Below, piece after piece: positions 8,950-18,429 of a stretch of 61,719 nt of DNA. The position numbers and the translations under genes are program-made. Under the pieces are notes generated by a model. The model was not told the DNA's origin. It was given only the letters and a program-made list of their open reading frames with translations, and did no database searches. The first letter of the stretch is position 1, and each line of letters begins with the position of its first letter. The stretch is from an uncultured bacterium. Lineage in GTDB: Bacteria; Desulfobacterota; Deferrimicrobia; J040. The stretch spans positions 1-61,719 of the forward strand of contig CAYFXN010000005.1 in NCBI GenBank assembly GCA_964347065.1. The letters are read 5' to 3'.

Positions 8950-9000
8950 GTGAGGAAAAGGGATGAAGGATGCCGGTGTCTTGCTGTGGTGAGGATGTAA
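8950..9000 (+). CDS. Candidate 16-aa small protein MRKRDEGCRCLAVVRM
   Basis: Near-perfect SD GAGGAGGT at 8936-8943, GTG at 8950, TAA at 8998-9000. No homology recognised. Confidence 0.25.
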   Translation: MRKRDEGCRCLAVVRM

Positions 9001-9176
9001 CCTTTTGTTTTCGTGAAAGTAAATATTATTGAAAGGGAAAGAGTTCAATGTGCAGGTTTGGTACTGAAAGAATCGGGCTCTATGAGAATTTGGGCATCGG
9101 GCCTGGTGATTCCGCGAAAAGAACGAAAAACTTCCCGAAAGGTATATCGCCGAAGTGGCGAAACCAGCGGATGACC

Positions 9177-11162
9177 CTATTTTTTCAGTAATTTCCTGAC
9201 ACTCTGGGTTAATTCCCGGAGTTTGACAAGATCTTCCGGTGAAATTTTCCCGAACCGTGCACGGTTGTACTCACGGATGAACAGGTGGTAAGCAGCGGAA
9301 TCCAGAATCATCCTATCATTCACTTTACAAAGATACTCGGTGGGGGTTTCCGATTTTTCCTTTCGAATTCCATGTTTTTTTCCTTCGCGTATTATCGGCC
9401 TGAGAAATTGTTTGTAAATTGGGTTCTGACGTCCTATCGAGGATATTCTTTTTCTCCGGGCGGGGAGAAGATACAGGAAACAGGCGGAAGTGACAATGAG
9501 GACCAATAAAGGCAGAAGAAGGGCCCTTGCACCCTCCCGCAGATTGCCGCTTACGTTGCGACTCAATTTCAGAGAACCGAGGATGAGTTCTCTCGAGAGT
9601 TTTACCTGTTTCTCGAGGTCGTACCCAACTACGTACTCCTGCCAGTTCTGTCTGATCCAATCGAAGACGTGGTTGAGACGGCTGTTCGGGGAGAGTTGCA
9701 AAGGACCGAGGGGAGTGGAATCTACGATTGTCCACCCAGCACCCCGGAGAAAGACCTCTGCCCAGGCGTGTGCGTCTCGCTGCCGGAACATCCAGTAATT
9801 TCCCATTTCGTTGTATTCGCTGGAAATGTAACCACCGGCAAGCCTGGCCGGAAGTCCCATAGCCCAGGCGAGCAGCACCGTCGATGTTGCAAAATGCTGG
9901 CAGTTCCCCTCTTTTCTCCCGTCGAGGAATTCTCGCAGAGATACTTTTCCCGGGACCCTTTTATATCGGAAGTTTTTACGAAGATAACCGGTTATCGCAC
10001 TCACTTTGTCTGGCTCGTCAAAAGTTCCGGCTCGAAGATTTCTCGCAATGATTTCGATCATCTCCGGAAGATCACCATTCGCTGAGTAGTGTTTCTCTCC
10101 TGTTTCCTCTTTTCTCTGGTTCTTGCCGTTGATGAGGGTGTACTTTACCGGATGGGTTATGGGTGCCTGTGAATTCACGTCACCTTCCTGGTCGATGAAG
10201 AGTTTTCCCCAGTCCCACTTTATGGCGATGGATTCAGGAAGTGTGGGTACGATGGTATCTCCCGTTGCTCCCAGGAAAACGTCCACCCGATTGTCGGTTA
10301 GACTTTTTCCGTCCCCTTTGAGCAGGGAATGGGTTCCCTTCCCGATCAGGTGAAGCCGCTGATTTCTCTTGAACCAGGCGTCATTGTGGTATTCGGAAAG
10401 TGTTATGGACTTGAGATAGATTGGCGATGCTCTCGACAGATTTCCCCTTACCCGCGCGATTACTTTCCCGTCAATATTTGAAAACGTGTCCATTTTGAGA
10501 TCGAGCTTCCCGGCGGCGCCCGGCATATTTTCTCCTTGCATCATCTTCCTTCCGAGAAAACCGACACCGAGACGGGGTATGGAGAGAAAAATAATGATCG
10601 TGATGACCAAGGAGGCCAGTCCGATGCCTCCTAAAAAAGTGATGAAACTCGATCTCAGCGTGATATCACCATCTCTTTCGGCGGACCGGAGATCGGATTC
10701 CGTGTTCACGAAGAGTATGAACAAGGTAACAGTCGTCAGAACAGTTATGAGAACGAAAATTGGGAGAAAGAGAAATTTTGAAGTGAGAGAGGCGCCAGCT
10801 ACCACCTGGATATACGCGATTCCCGTGAGGATGAAGAAATCCTTTACTACCAGGGGACTGATCCACTTGAAACCCTGATATACCAGCAGTGTTTCAAGGA
10901 AAACGGGTAAGAGGTCCCCTCCGGTCAGGGTGATTCTCAAAATCATGTAGAGCATTAGAGCCGTGGCTGCTACCAGATCCCTGATCTTGCTCTTTTCCGA
11001 AAACGTGATGTGCCTCCGGGGAAAGAGGAGCCGGAATGAGATCGCCATCGCTACGAAGATGATCAGAGAGAAGGAGATAGATCCCGTTATGAGAATGCAC
11101 GCCAACGACAGGAACGTGTACAACGCAGATATCCGAACAATTATGTGGTACTGTTTATTCAT
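9177..11162 (-). CDS. DUF3488 + transglutaminase-like membrane protein (TgpA family)
   Basis: Multi-TM N-terminus, catalytic triad GNCQHFAT / AHAWAEVF / VDSTP, C-terminal TM and DUF4129-like tail. Confidence 0.88.
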   Translation of the reverse strand: MNKQYHIIVRISALYTFLSLACILITGSISFSLIIFVAMAISFRLLFPRRHITFSEKSKIRDLVAATALMLYMILRITLTGGDLLPVFLETLLVYQGFKWISPLVVKDFFILTGIAYIQVVAGASLTSKFLFLPIFVLITVLTTVTLFILFVNTESDLRSAERDGDITLRSSFITFLGGIGLASLVITIIIFLSIPRLGVGFLGRKMMQGENMPGAAGKLDLKMDTFSNIDGKVIARVRGNLSRASPIYLKSITLSEYHNDAWFKRNQRLHLIGKGTHSLLKGDGKSLTDNRVDVFLGATGDTIVPTLPESIAIKWDWGKLFIDQEGDVNSQAPITHPVKYTLINGKNQRKEETGEKHYSANGDLPEMIEIIARNLRAGTFDEPDKVSAITGYLRKNFRYKRVPGKVSLREFLDGRKEGNCQHFATSTVLLAWAMGLPARLAGGYISSEYNEMGNYWMFRQRDAHAWAEVFLRGAGWTIVDSTPLGPLQLSPNSRLNHVFDWIRQNWQEYVVGYDLEKQVKLSRELILGSLKLSRNVSGNLREGARALLLPLLVLIVTSACFLYLLPARRKRISSIGRQNPIYKQFLRPIIREGKKHGIRKEKSETPTEYLCKVNDRMILDSAAYHLFIREYNRARFGKISPEDLVKLRELTQSVRKLLKK

Positions 11163-12136
11163 TGGCGAATGAGGGAAAGCACCCTCTTTAACTTTCCCCT
11201 TCCCTTCCCGTCTTTTTCTACCACAGATAGCAGTCCCAGAGCTGTGAGATAGGGAACCGGGTAGCGAGTAGAGGAGACCTCCATGTCCCTCAGTTTCATC
11301 ACAAAGGGGATATTCTTATTTCTCAATGCGACGATTTTTCCGGCACAACGCGCAACTTGGCGCTCGAAGATACGATCGTCCTCTTCGGGCGTAATTTCCA
11401 AGATAACGGGAGGGTCTTTTTCTTCCTCGAGTTCTTTCACGTAAAGCTGTTTCGTATGCATAAACTTTTTCCAGAGCACCATCTTAACCGGGTCTTTCGG
11501 AAGAAATTTCCTGATGTTGTTCAGTGAGTGCCCGGTATATCCCGTTCTCACGAGTTCGCCGGAGCCATCAGAATCTTCGCTATACATCAAAGCAGCCTCT
11601 TCGGCTGTTGAAAGGGGGGATGGGCTGGGGAACACGATGATCGAGATGTCGGCCTTCACGTGATAATACTTTTCGAAAAAACCGAAGGGGAAACGAGTCA
11701 TGACAGAGACCTTCCTTACGGTGTATATTCCCCGTTTTGCAAAGATGCCTTCCAGCACTGCTGAGGTTTCACGGCCGGGACCAACGTAGGGTACCGTTTT
11801 TACAACCTTTTTTCCAGCTGCTTCCAGGATGACTCTCAGATAATAAAGGGGCAGCACTGTTTTTTCATTTTTTATCGTGGCGAGTATTTTCCCTTTTTTT
11901 CCGGCATATATCTCTTTTCCCGGTAAAACCTTGAGGTACACGTTCCTCGTTGCGAGATCCGATAAAATACCCGAGGTTATCATGAGGGACAGGTTCATGG
12001 CGAGACAGAGGTAGACCAGGTTGTTCCCCGTGTTTATCGCTGCTATGCCGAGGGCGATGGTGATAAAAATAAACCATTTCCCCGTGGCAGTTATCCTGAA
12101 AAATCGGGGGGTTTTCGATTTCTTCTCTACATTCAT
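11159..12136 (-). CDS. DUF58 domain-containing protein
   Basis: GIAAINTGNNLVYL, RFPFGFF, IRKFLPKDPVKMVLWK are characteristic of DUF58. Overlaps both neighbours by 4 nt. Confidence 0.85.
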   Translation of the reverse strand: MNVEKKSKTPRFFRITATGKWFIFITIALGIAAINTGNNLVYLCLAMNLSLMITSGILSDLATRNVYLKVLPGKEIYAGKKGKILATIKNEKTVLPLYYLRVILEAAGKKVVKTVPYVGPGRETSAVLEGIFAKRGIYTVRKVSVMTRFPFGFFEKYYHVKADISIIVFPSPSPLSTAEEAALMYSEDSDGSGELVRTGYTGHSLNNIRKFLPKDPVKMVLWKKFMHTKQLYVKELEEEKDPPVILEITPEEDDRIFERQVARCAGKIVALRNKNIPFVMKLRDMEVSSTRYPVPYLTALGLLSVVEKDGKGRGKLKRVLSLIRQ

Positions 12137-13071
12137 GCCGGTACGGGAATTGCGTCCAGTATCTCTGAAACAACTCTGCCGCGAACGTCTGATTTGCCCG
12201 ATCCCTCCATGTCTTCGCTTACAAAGATTCTGTGGGAGAGGATGAAGGGTGAGAGAAACTTAACATCGTCGGGGAGGATAAAGGTCCTTCCTTTCAGAAG
12301 TGCCAGCGCGGCCGACGTTTTTTTCATGCTGATGGAACATCGCGGTGAAGCGCCCAGTCGAAGGAGTGGGTGATCTCTCGTTGCTTGAACGATTTCCACT
12401 ATGTATCTGTCTATCTCCGGATCGCAGATGATCATTTTGCACGAATTCATTATCTGAAGGACCTGTTTGGTGTCTATCACCGTGTCGATGTCGTCCAGGG
12501 GATCCCGCATGATTTTACTGTTGAGTATCTTCAATTCAGATTTCAGATCCGGATAGCCGAGAGATACTTTCAGGTTGAACCGGTCGAGCTGGGATTCCGG
12601 CAAGGGAAATGTTCCGTGGAACTCGAAGGGGTTTTGCGTGGCAATCACGAAAAAGGGGTCTGGGAGCCGGTGAGAGCTGTTCTCGAGGGTCACCATCCTC
12701 TCACTCATGGCTTCCAAAAGGGCAGCTTGTGTTTTCGGATTGGTCCTGTTGATCTCGTCTGCCAGGACGACGTTGGCGAATATCGGTCCTGCATTGAACG
12801 TGAGGGTATTACTTTCGTGGGTGTAGATGCTGTAACCGAGAAGGTCCTGGGGGAGCATGTCGCTGGTGAACTGAATTCTCTTGAATTTTCCCGAAATACT
12901 TCTGGCGAGTGCCTGTCCGAGGGTTGTTTTTCCCCTGCCGGGAGCGTCCTCTATGAGGACGTGACCGCCCGAGAAAAAGGAAGCGAGAATCAGATCTATG
13001 ACTTCCTCCTTCCCGTATATTACCCGTGTCAGATTTGTCCTCAACGCCTCTATTTTTTCATGAATATCCAT
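12133..13071 (-). CDS. moxR: MoxR-family AAA+ ATPase
   Basis: GHVLIEDAPGRGKT, RIQFTSDMLPQD, LADEINR, ATQNP...GTFPLPESQLDRF. Start moved to ATG at 13071 (GGGGAG RBS). Confidence 0.93.
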   Translation of the reverse strand: MDIHEKIEALRTNLTRVIYGKEEVIDLILASFFSGGHVLIEDAPGRGKTTLGQALARSISGKFKRIQFTSDMLPQDLLGYSIYTHESNTLTFNAGPIFANVVLADEINRTNPKTQAALLEAMSERMVTLENSSHRLPDPFFVIATQNPFEFHGTFPLPESQLDRFNLKVSLGYPDLKSELKILNSKIMRDPLDDIDTVIDTKQVLQIMNSCKMIICDPEIDRYIVEIVQATRDHPLLRLGASPRCSISMKKTSAALALLKGRTFILPDDVKFLSPFILSHRIFVSEDMEGSGKSDVRGRVVSEILDAIPVPA

Positions 13072-13176
13072 CACACTCCCCGTAAATTCTACCACAGGGG
13101 ATCCCCTGTGGCGTTTTTAAAAAAATTAGCTGCGTGGGGTAATGAAAGGCCCGTTCAAATTGGCAAATCCCTCATC

Positions 13177-13205
13177 TTGACCGGAAGGACGTTTAAGAGG
13201 ATAAT
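13177..13205 (+). promoter_or_regulatory. Sigma70-type promoter of the plsC-rnj-ftsK-lolA-rimO operon
   Basis: TTGACC-N17-GATAAT. Confidence 0.5.
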
Positions 13206-13239
13206 TTACGTAAATCGGGAGTAAGCGGTTGCCGAGTAC

Positions 13240-13989
13240 GTGAGCAAAAGAAAGAAAAGTGTTAAAACGTTTGCCAAAACTTCTCTGGTTGTGCTCCTCA
13301 CTCTTTACTACTCAGTGAAAGCGATTGTATCCTTCAAACTTGCCAGGGATTCCGAAATTGCCGGGCAAAGTGCCCTGAAGTGGGCAAAGCGCCGGGTAAG
13401 TTCAACGAACATTGCCTTTGATGTCGACGGGCTGGATAATATCGAAAGGTGCAAACCGCGCGTTATCGTGACCAACCATTCCAGCGCTGCCGATATTCCA
13501 ACGCTCATTTCGGCGTTGCCAATAGATTTCCGCCGCATTGCCAAGAGGGAGGTCCTGTCCCTCCCCTTTCTCGGCAAAGCGATGGAGGTGAGGGGGAACA
13601 TCGCGGTGGCCACGGATGACCGCAGCGGTGGAGCGAAGGCGATGAAAAAATCGATAACCTATATCAATAGGGGCAAGTCGATTCTGATCTTTCCCGAGGG
13701 GACGAGAAGCAAGGGGAAAAAGATCGGTCAGTTCAAGCAAGGGGCTTTTCTCATAGCGAAAAAAGCGAAAATTCCACTCCTTCCCGTCGTCATATGGGGA
13801 ACCGATGTGATGATGCCGAAAGGGGAGGGCGTCGTGGCTTCAGCTGGCGTATGCGTCAAGGTCCTTGAATCAATCAGGCCGGGCATGTACATGAATTGGA
13901 CAGTAAAAGAGTTTTCCGATAAGGTGAGAGATATAATGGCGAAGGGGCTTTTGGAAATGGAATATAGTGCAACGGAAGCGGATAAATGA
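13240..13989 (+). CDS. plsC: 1-acyl-sn-glycerol-3-phosphate acyltransferase (lysophospholipid acyltransferase)
   Basis: NHSSAAD (NHxSxxD) and FPEGTRS motifs. Confidence 0.85.
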   Translation: MSKRKKSVKTFAKTSLVVLLTLYYSVKAIVSFKLARDSEIAGQSALKWAKRRVSSTNIAFDVDGLDNIERCKPRVIVTNHSSAADIPTLISALPIDFRRIAKREVLSLPFLGKAMEVRGNIAVATDDRSGGAKAMKKSITYINRGKSILIFPEGTRSKGKKIGQFKQGAFLIAKKAKIPLLPVVIWGTDVMMPKGEGVVASAGVCVKVLESIRPGMYMNWTVKEFSDKVRDIMAKGLLEMEYSATEADK

Positions 13990-15626
13990 GCGTGGCTATC
14001 AGTGCCCTCGGGGGCCTCGGTGAAATCGGAATGAACTGCATGCTCTTGGACAGCGGGAGCGAGGCAGTCATAATCGACGCCGGTATCATGTTTCCCGACG
14101 ACGGCATGTTCGGAATAGACTACGTCATGCCGGACTTCTCCGTCCTGAATTATGTGAGGGAGAGGATAAGCGGTATCTTCTTGACTCATGGCCACGACGA
14201 TCATATCGGAGCAGTTTACTATCTTCTCCAGGCGGTCAATGTTCCGGTATATGCAACGAGGCTTACGGCGGAACTGTTGAAACTGAGACTGGAGGATCAG
14301 GAGCCGGATCTTCCGTACGATATTAGGGTTATTGAGAGAAACGCAGTTGTCTCTCTTGCGGATTTTGAGTTCGAGGCCTTCCCGGTTTGCCATTCAATCC
14401 CTGAAGGGGTGGGCTATATCATAAGAACGGGAGACGGGATCATAATTCACACCGGGGATTTCAAGATCGATGACACTCCGCGGGACGGGGTCGTAACGGA
14501 TCTAACGAGGGTTTCTCAAGTTGCCAGAGAGGGGATAACGCTTCTCCTGTCAGATTCAACGAACGTTGAAAACAGGGGGAGGACCCGGTCGGAAAAATAC
14601 GTGAAGGATGTTCTCGACAGCATTATTCAGGAGATTCCCGGCAGAGCCATCGTCTCCATGTTCTCTTCAAACATCACACGCCTGGCAGATACGATAGAAA
14701 GCGCTGCAGAAGCCGGACGCATGGTGGCAGTTACGGGCAAGAGCATGGAGCAGAATTTGGCCGTGGCCAGAAAACTGGGGTACGTGAAATCGGAGAGAAA
14801 CGATCTCTTCGTTGATATCGAAAATGCCCGGAAGATAGATGATGACTCCCTCGTCGTGATGACAACCGGGTCCCAGGGAGAACCGCTGAGCGCGCTCTCT
14901 CTCATGGCGAGGAACCAGCACAGGTACGTGAAGGTGAAGGAAAGCGATACCGTGATTATTTCGTCCCGGTTTATTCCCGGTAACGAAAAAGCCATTTTCC
15001 GGCTTATAGATAACCTCTGCAGGAGAGGGGCAGACGTAATCTATCAAGCGATTTCAGATGTGCACGTATCCGGTCATGGTGCACGGAAGGAACTGGAACT
15101 CATGATCGAAGCAGCTTCGCCAAAATACTTTGTCCCGATTCATGGTGAGTACAGACATCTGGTTCAGCACGCCAGGGTTGCCAGCAGGTTGAACCGGACA
15201 GAGACCATCGTTGTTGAGAACGGTGAGGTACTGGTTCTTGAAAACGGGTCGCTTCGTAAAGAAGGCTCTCTCGCTGTGGGAAAAGTATTCGTCGATGGAA
15301 AGGGTGTGGGAGATGTCTGTGAAATGGTCTTGCGTGAGAGGAGAAATCTCTCGAGAGACGGGGTCGTAATTGCCATTGTGGGCTACGATTCCCGAAAAGA
15401 TAAGATTACCTATGGCCCTGAGATGATCTGCCTAGGCGTAACAGATATGGTTGCTGGAAACGGGATCATCGAGGGAGCAAAAAGGCTCGTGGAGGAGATG
15501 GTCCTGGAATGTGCAAAAGCCGGAAGTGAAGAAACCTCATCAAACATAAGGCGGGAGCTTAAAAGATATTTTAACCGGCAGCTCGAGAGAAAGCCCGTCA
15601 TCTTTCCGGTGATGATAGATTATTGA
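13986..15626 (+). CDS. rnj: Ribonuclease J
   Basis: LGGLGEIGMNC, THGHDDHIG, HTGDFKID, GSQGEP, HVSGHG, PIHGEYRHL. Confidence 0.95.
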   Translation: MSVAISALGGLGEIGMNCMLLDSGSEAVIIDAGIMFPDDGMFGIDYVMPDFSVLNYVRERISGIFLTHGHDDHIGAVYYLLQAVNVPVYATRLTAELLKLRLEDQEPDLPYDIRVIERNAVVSLADFEFEAFPVCHSIPEGVGYIIRTGDGIIIHTGDFKIDDTPRDGVVTDLTRVSQVAREGITLLLSDSTNVENRGRTRSEKYVKDVLDSIIQEIPGRAIVSMFSSNITRLADTIESAAEAGRMVAVTGKSMEQNLAVARKLGYVKSERNDLFVDIENARKIDDDSLVVMTTGSQGEPLSALSLMARNQHRYVKVKESDTVIISSRFIPGNEKAIFRLIDNLCRRGADVIYQAISDVHVSGHGARKELELMIEAASPKYFVPIHGEYRHLVQHARVASRLNRTETIVVENGEVLVLENGSLRKEGSLAVGKVFVDGKGVGDVCEMVLRERRNLSRDGVVIAIVGYDSRKDKITYGPEMICLGVTDMVAGNGIIEGAKRLVEEMVLECAKAGSEETSSNIRRELKRYFNRQLERKPVIFPVMIDY

Positions 15627-15645
15627 CGTTACTCTTAGGTGTGAG

Positions 15646-17781
15646 ATGAGAGATATTAAAAAAGAGATCGTCGGGGTGTTGAACGTTGCAATAGGTCTCT
15701 TGCTGCTCATATCGCTTATTTCGTACAATCCCTTTGACCCTTCCTTCTCGACCTACTCGTCGAAGGTTATGAAAATAACGAACTGGAGCGGAAAGGTAGG
15801 TTCCTACTCCTCTGACCTTCTCATACAGTGGTTCGGAATAGGCGCATTTGTGATTCCTCTGATCTTCTTCGCCCAAGCAGTCTTATCCTTCAGAGGAATC
15901 GCGACCCGTCAGATGCTCGTGAGGAGCATCGGCATTATTCTCGCCCTCGTCTCATCGGTGGCTATTTTGAGTATCTATTCGGAGTACGTGAGGCTCTTTG
16001 GAATTGATTTTTATCTTTCAGGAATAACCGGTTACGTTCTGGGGAAAAACCTCGTAAAAGCCGTTTTCGGCCGTGTGGGGGGGAGCATTGTGCTCTTTTC
16101 GCTCTTCGTCATTTTCTTGATGATGTCCACGGGAATAACGATTGGCGACATACGGGCGTTCATCAACAGGAAGAAAGAGAAAAGGAAAAAAGTGAGAGAA
16201 AAGATCAAGGAGGACGCCTCACTCAGAAGCCTGACCAGGAAGGGCATCGTGTTTAGCGACGAAGCCGATGATATAGAGGAGGTAAAAATTGTTCGGGGAA
16301 CGGGAGAAGGCTTGGACAGGAAAAAGGGCGTCAAGACCTTCGTCAGCTCCGAGCATTCGGATTTTACCCTCCCTTCAAGGAGCCTCCTCGATGACCCTCC
16401 GGTGGATAGAGTTATTCCGGACGAGGATGACCTGAAGGATAATGTCAGGGTCCTCATAAAGGAACTCAGGCAGTTCGGGGTCGACGGCGAAATAACGTCG
16501 GTGATGGCGGGCCCGATGGTTACACTCTACGAGTTCAAGCCGGCACCGGGAGAAAAACTGAACCGGATCGTGAAACTCTCGGAAGACCTGGCCTTGTCCC
16601 TCAAGGCGGAAAGCCTGAGAATCATAAAAAATATTCCCGGCAAGGGTGTAATGGGGATCGAGGTCCCCAACAAAAAGAGGGAGCAGGTATACATCAAAGA
16701 GATGCTGCAGAGCGATGAATACCTTTCTTCCCGGCTACCCCTAACCATCTCAGTGGGAATGGATATTCTCGGCAGGCCCATCGTGACAGATCTGTCCAAG
16801 ATGCCGCACCTTCTTATTGCCGGTACGACGGGTTCCGGCAAAAGTGTCTCTTTGAATGCGATGATACTTTCCCTCCTATACAGAACGACGCCCGATGAAC
16901 TGAGATTGATTCTCGTTGACCCAAAGATGCTCGAGTTTAATCCCTACGACGGGATACCGAACCTCCTTCACCCCGTGGTTACCCAGCCAAGAGATGCCGC
17001 AAAAGTCCTACGCTGGGCGGTGGCAGAAATGGAGGGGAGATACCGGTTGATGATGGAAAACGGGGTAAGAAACATCGATTCTTACAACAAAATGGTGCGC
17101 AAGAGAAGATCGAGCGGCAAAAATGATGACGAGCCATCTCTGCTTCCCTTTATCGTTATCGTGATAGATGAGCTGTCGGATTTAATGCTCAGTTCCGCAA
17201 GAGAGGTTGAGGAGGCAATTACGAGGCTCTCGCAAATGGCGCGGGCATCTGGGATCCACCTCATAGTTGCGACACAGAGGCCTTCCGTCGATGTTGTGAC
17301 GGGCGTGATCAAGGCCAATTTCCCCTGCAGGATTTCTTTCAAAATGTCATCGAGATACGACTCCTACACGATTCTCAGTCAGTACGGGGCTGAGTTTCTC
17401 CTCGGCCAGGGGGACATGCTTTTTTTGCGCCCGGGTCCGGAGGGCCTCATCAGAGTTCACGCCCCGTACGTTTCCGAAGATGAGATTAAGAAGGTGGTCT
17501 CCTTTTTGAAAAAACAGGGGAAGGTGGCATACGATGAATCGGTCGTCGATGGGGATATCGATGATCTCGGTGGCATTGTCGAGTTCTCCGACGAAAAATA
17601 TGAGGAGGCGGTCAGGATAGTCGTTGAGACGAGAAAGGCTTCCATATCCTTCCTGCAGAGAAAACTTGGGATAGGATTCAACAGGGCTGCGCGACTTATT
17701 GAGAGGATGGAAGAAGAGGGTATCGTAACACCCGTCGGACCGGGAGGAAAAGGAAGGGAAGTCAGGATACGGGAAACATGA
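15646..17781 (+). CDS. ftsK: DNA translocase FtsK
   Basis: 4TM N-terminus, [33 protein letters not shown]-terminal gamma domain (LQRKLGIGFNRAARLIE). Confidence 0.96.
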   Translation: MRDIKKEIVGVLNVAIGLLLLISLISYNPFDPSFSTYSSKVMKITNWSGKVGSYSSDLLIQWFGIGAFVIPLIFFAQAVLSFRGIATRQMLVRSIGIILALVSSVAILSIYSEYVRLFGIDFYLSGITGYVLGKNLVKAVFGRVGGSIVLFSLFVIFLMMSTGITIGDIRAFINRKKEKRKKVREKIKEDASLRSLTRKGIVFSDEADDIEEVKIVRGTGEGLDRKKGVKTFVSSEHSDFTLPSRSLLDDPPVDRVIPDEDDLKDNVRVLIKELRQFGVDGEITSVMAGPMVTLYEFKPAPGEKLNRIVKLSEDLALSLKAESLRIIKNIPGKGVMGIEVPNKKREQVYIKEMLQSDEYLSSRLPLTISVGMDILGRPIVTDLSKMPHLLIAGTTGSGKSVSLNAMILSLLYRTTPDELRLILVDPKMLEFNPYDGIPNLLHPVVTQPRDAAKVLRWAVAEMEGRYRLMMENGVRNIDSYNKMVRKRRSSGKNDDEPSLLPFIVIVIDELSDLMLSSAREVEEAITRLSQMARASGIHLIVATQRPSVDVVTGVIKANFPCRISFKMSSRYDSYTILSQYGAEFLLGQGDMLFLRPGPEGLIRVHAPYVSEDEIKKVVSFLKKQGKVAYDESVVDGDIDDLGGIVEFSDEKYEEAVRIVVETRKASISFLQRKLGIGFNRAARLIERMEEEGIVTPVGPGGKGREVRIRET

Positions 17782-18419
17782 GGATGCGTTTTTTTAGAAA
17801 CCATTATTTATCAGGTGTTGTCCTGATTGCCCTATGCGTTATCAATATCACGGTAGTTACAGAGGCAGGACATCCCGAAGATGAGGTGATCGATGAGATC
17901 GAGGAAGGATACGATATTGTTTCCTCCGTTTCGGGTACATTCGAACAGGTCATGCCTCTTCAGGGGATGGGTATCACCAGAGAAGCCAGTGGGTTATTCT
18001 ATATACAGAAACCCGGCAAGAGCAGGTGGGAGTATCTGGATCCCGTAAAACAGGTATTCATCGTTGATGGGGAAAATCTCTTTTACAAGAAAGAAAAAGA
18101 GGAAGGTTACAGGCGTAGCAGAATAGATGGGCAGCTTGTGGGCATATTCAACGTTCTTCTCGGAGGAGAGGGTGATTTCCGTGAGCTTTTCACCTACTCT
18201 CGTGTTAAAATTGACGGGAAAAATTACGCGGAGGTTGAGCTGATCCCTCAGGGCAAATTCAGGCGGGATGTCAAAAGAGTGGTATTGACCTGGAACAGAA
18301 AGAGCAAGCTCATCGAAGAGCTCACGATATTTTCTCTGACGGGTGCCTCGAATACCCTGTCATTTAAAAATGTAGAAGTGAATTCGCCAATCCCGCCTTC
18401 CCTGTTCATCACACAGTAA
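17778..18419 (+). CDS. lolA: Outer-membrane lipoprotein carrier LolA
   Basis: GTFEQ, KPGKSRWEY.DP..QVFIVDGE, FKNVEVN..IPPSLF. Canonical position after ftsK. Confidence 0.85.
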   Translation: MRMRFFRNHYLSGVVLIALCVINITVVTEAGHPEDEVIDEIEEGYDIVSSVSGTFEQVMPLQGMGITREASGLFYIQKPGKSRWEYLDPVKQVFIVDGENLFYKKEKEEGYRRSRIDGQLVGIFNVLLGGEGDFRELFTYSRVKIDGKNYAEVELIPQGKFRRDVKRVVLTWNRKSKLIEELTIFSLTGASNTLSFKNVEVNSPIPPSLFITQ

Positions 18420-18429
18420 AAGGAGTTCC

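Noticed and set aside
8546-9176. Possible tmRNA, RNase P, SRP or 6S RNA in the longest intergenic gap
   Set aside because: The hallmark motifs (GAGGAAAGUCC, tRNA-like ends, SRP GGAA-loop domain) were not found by eye on either strand. Needs cmscan.
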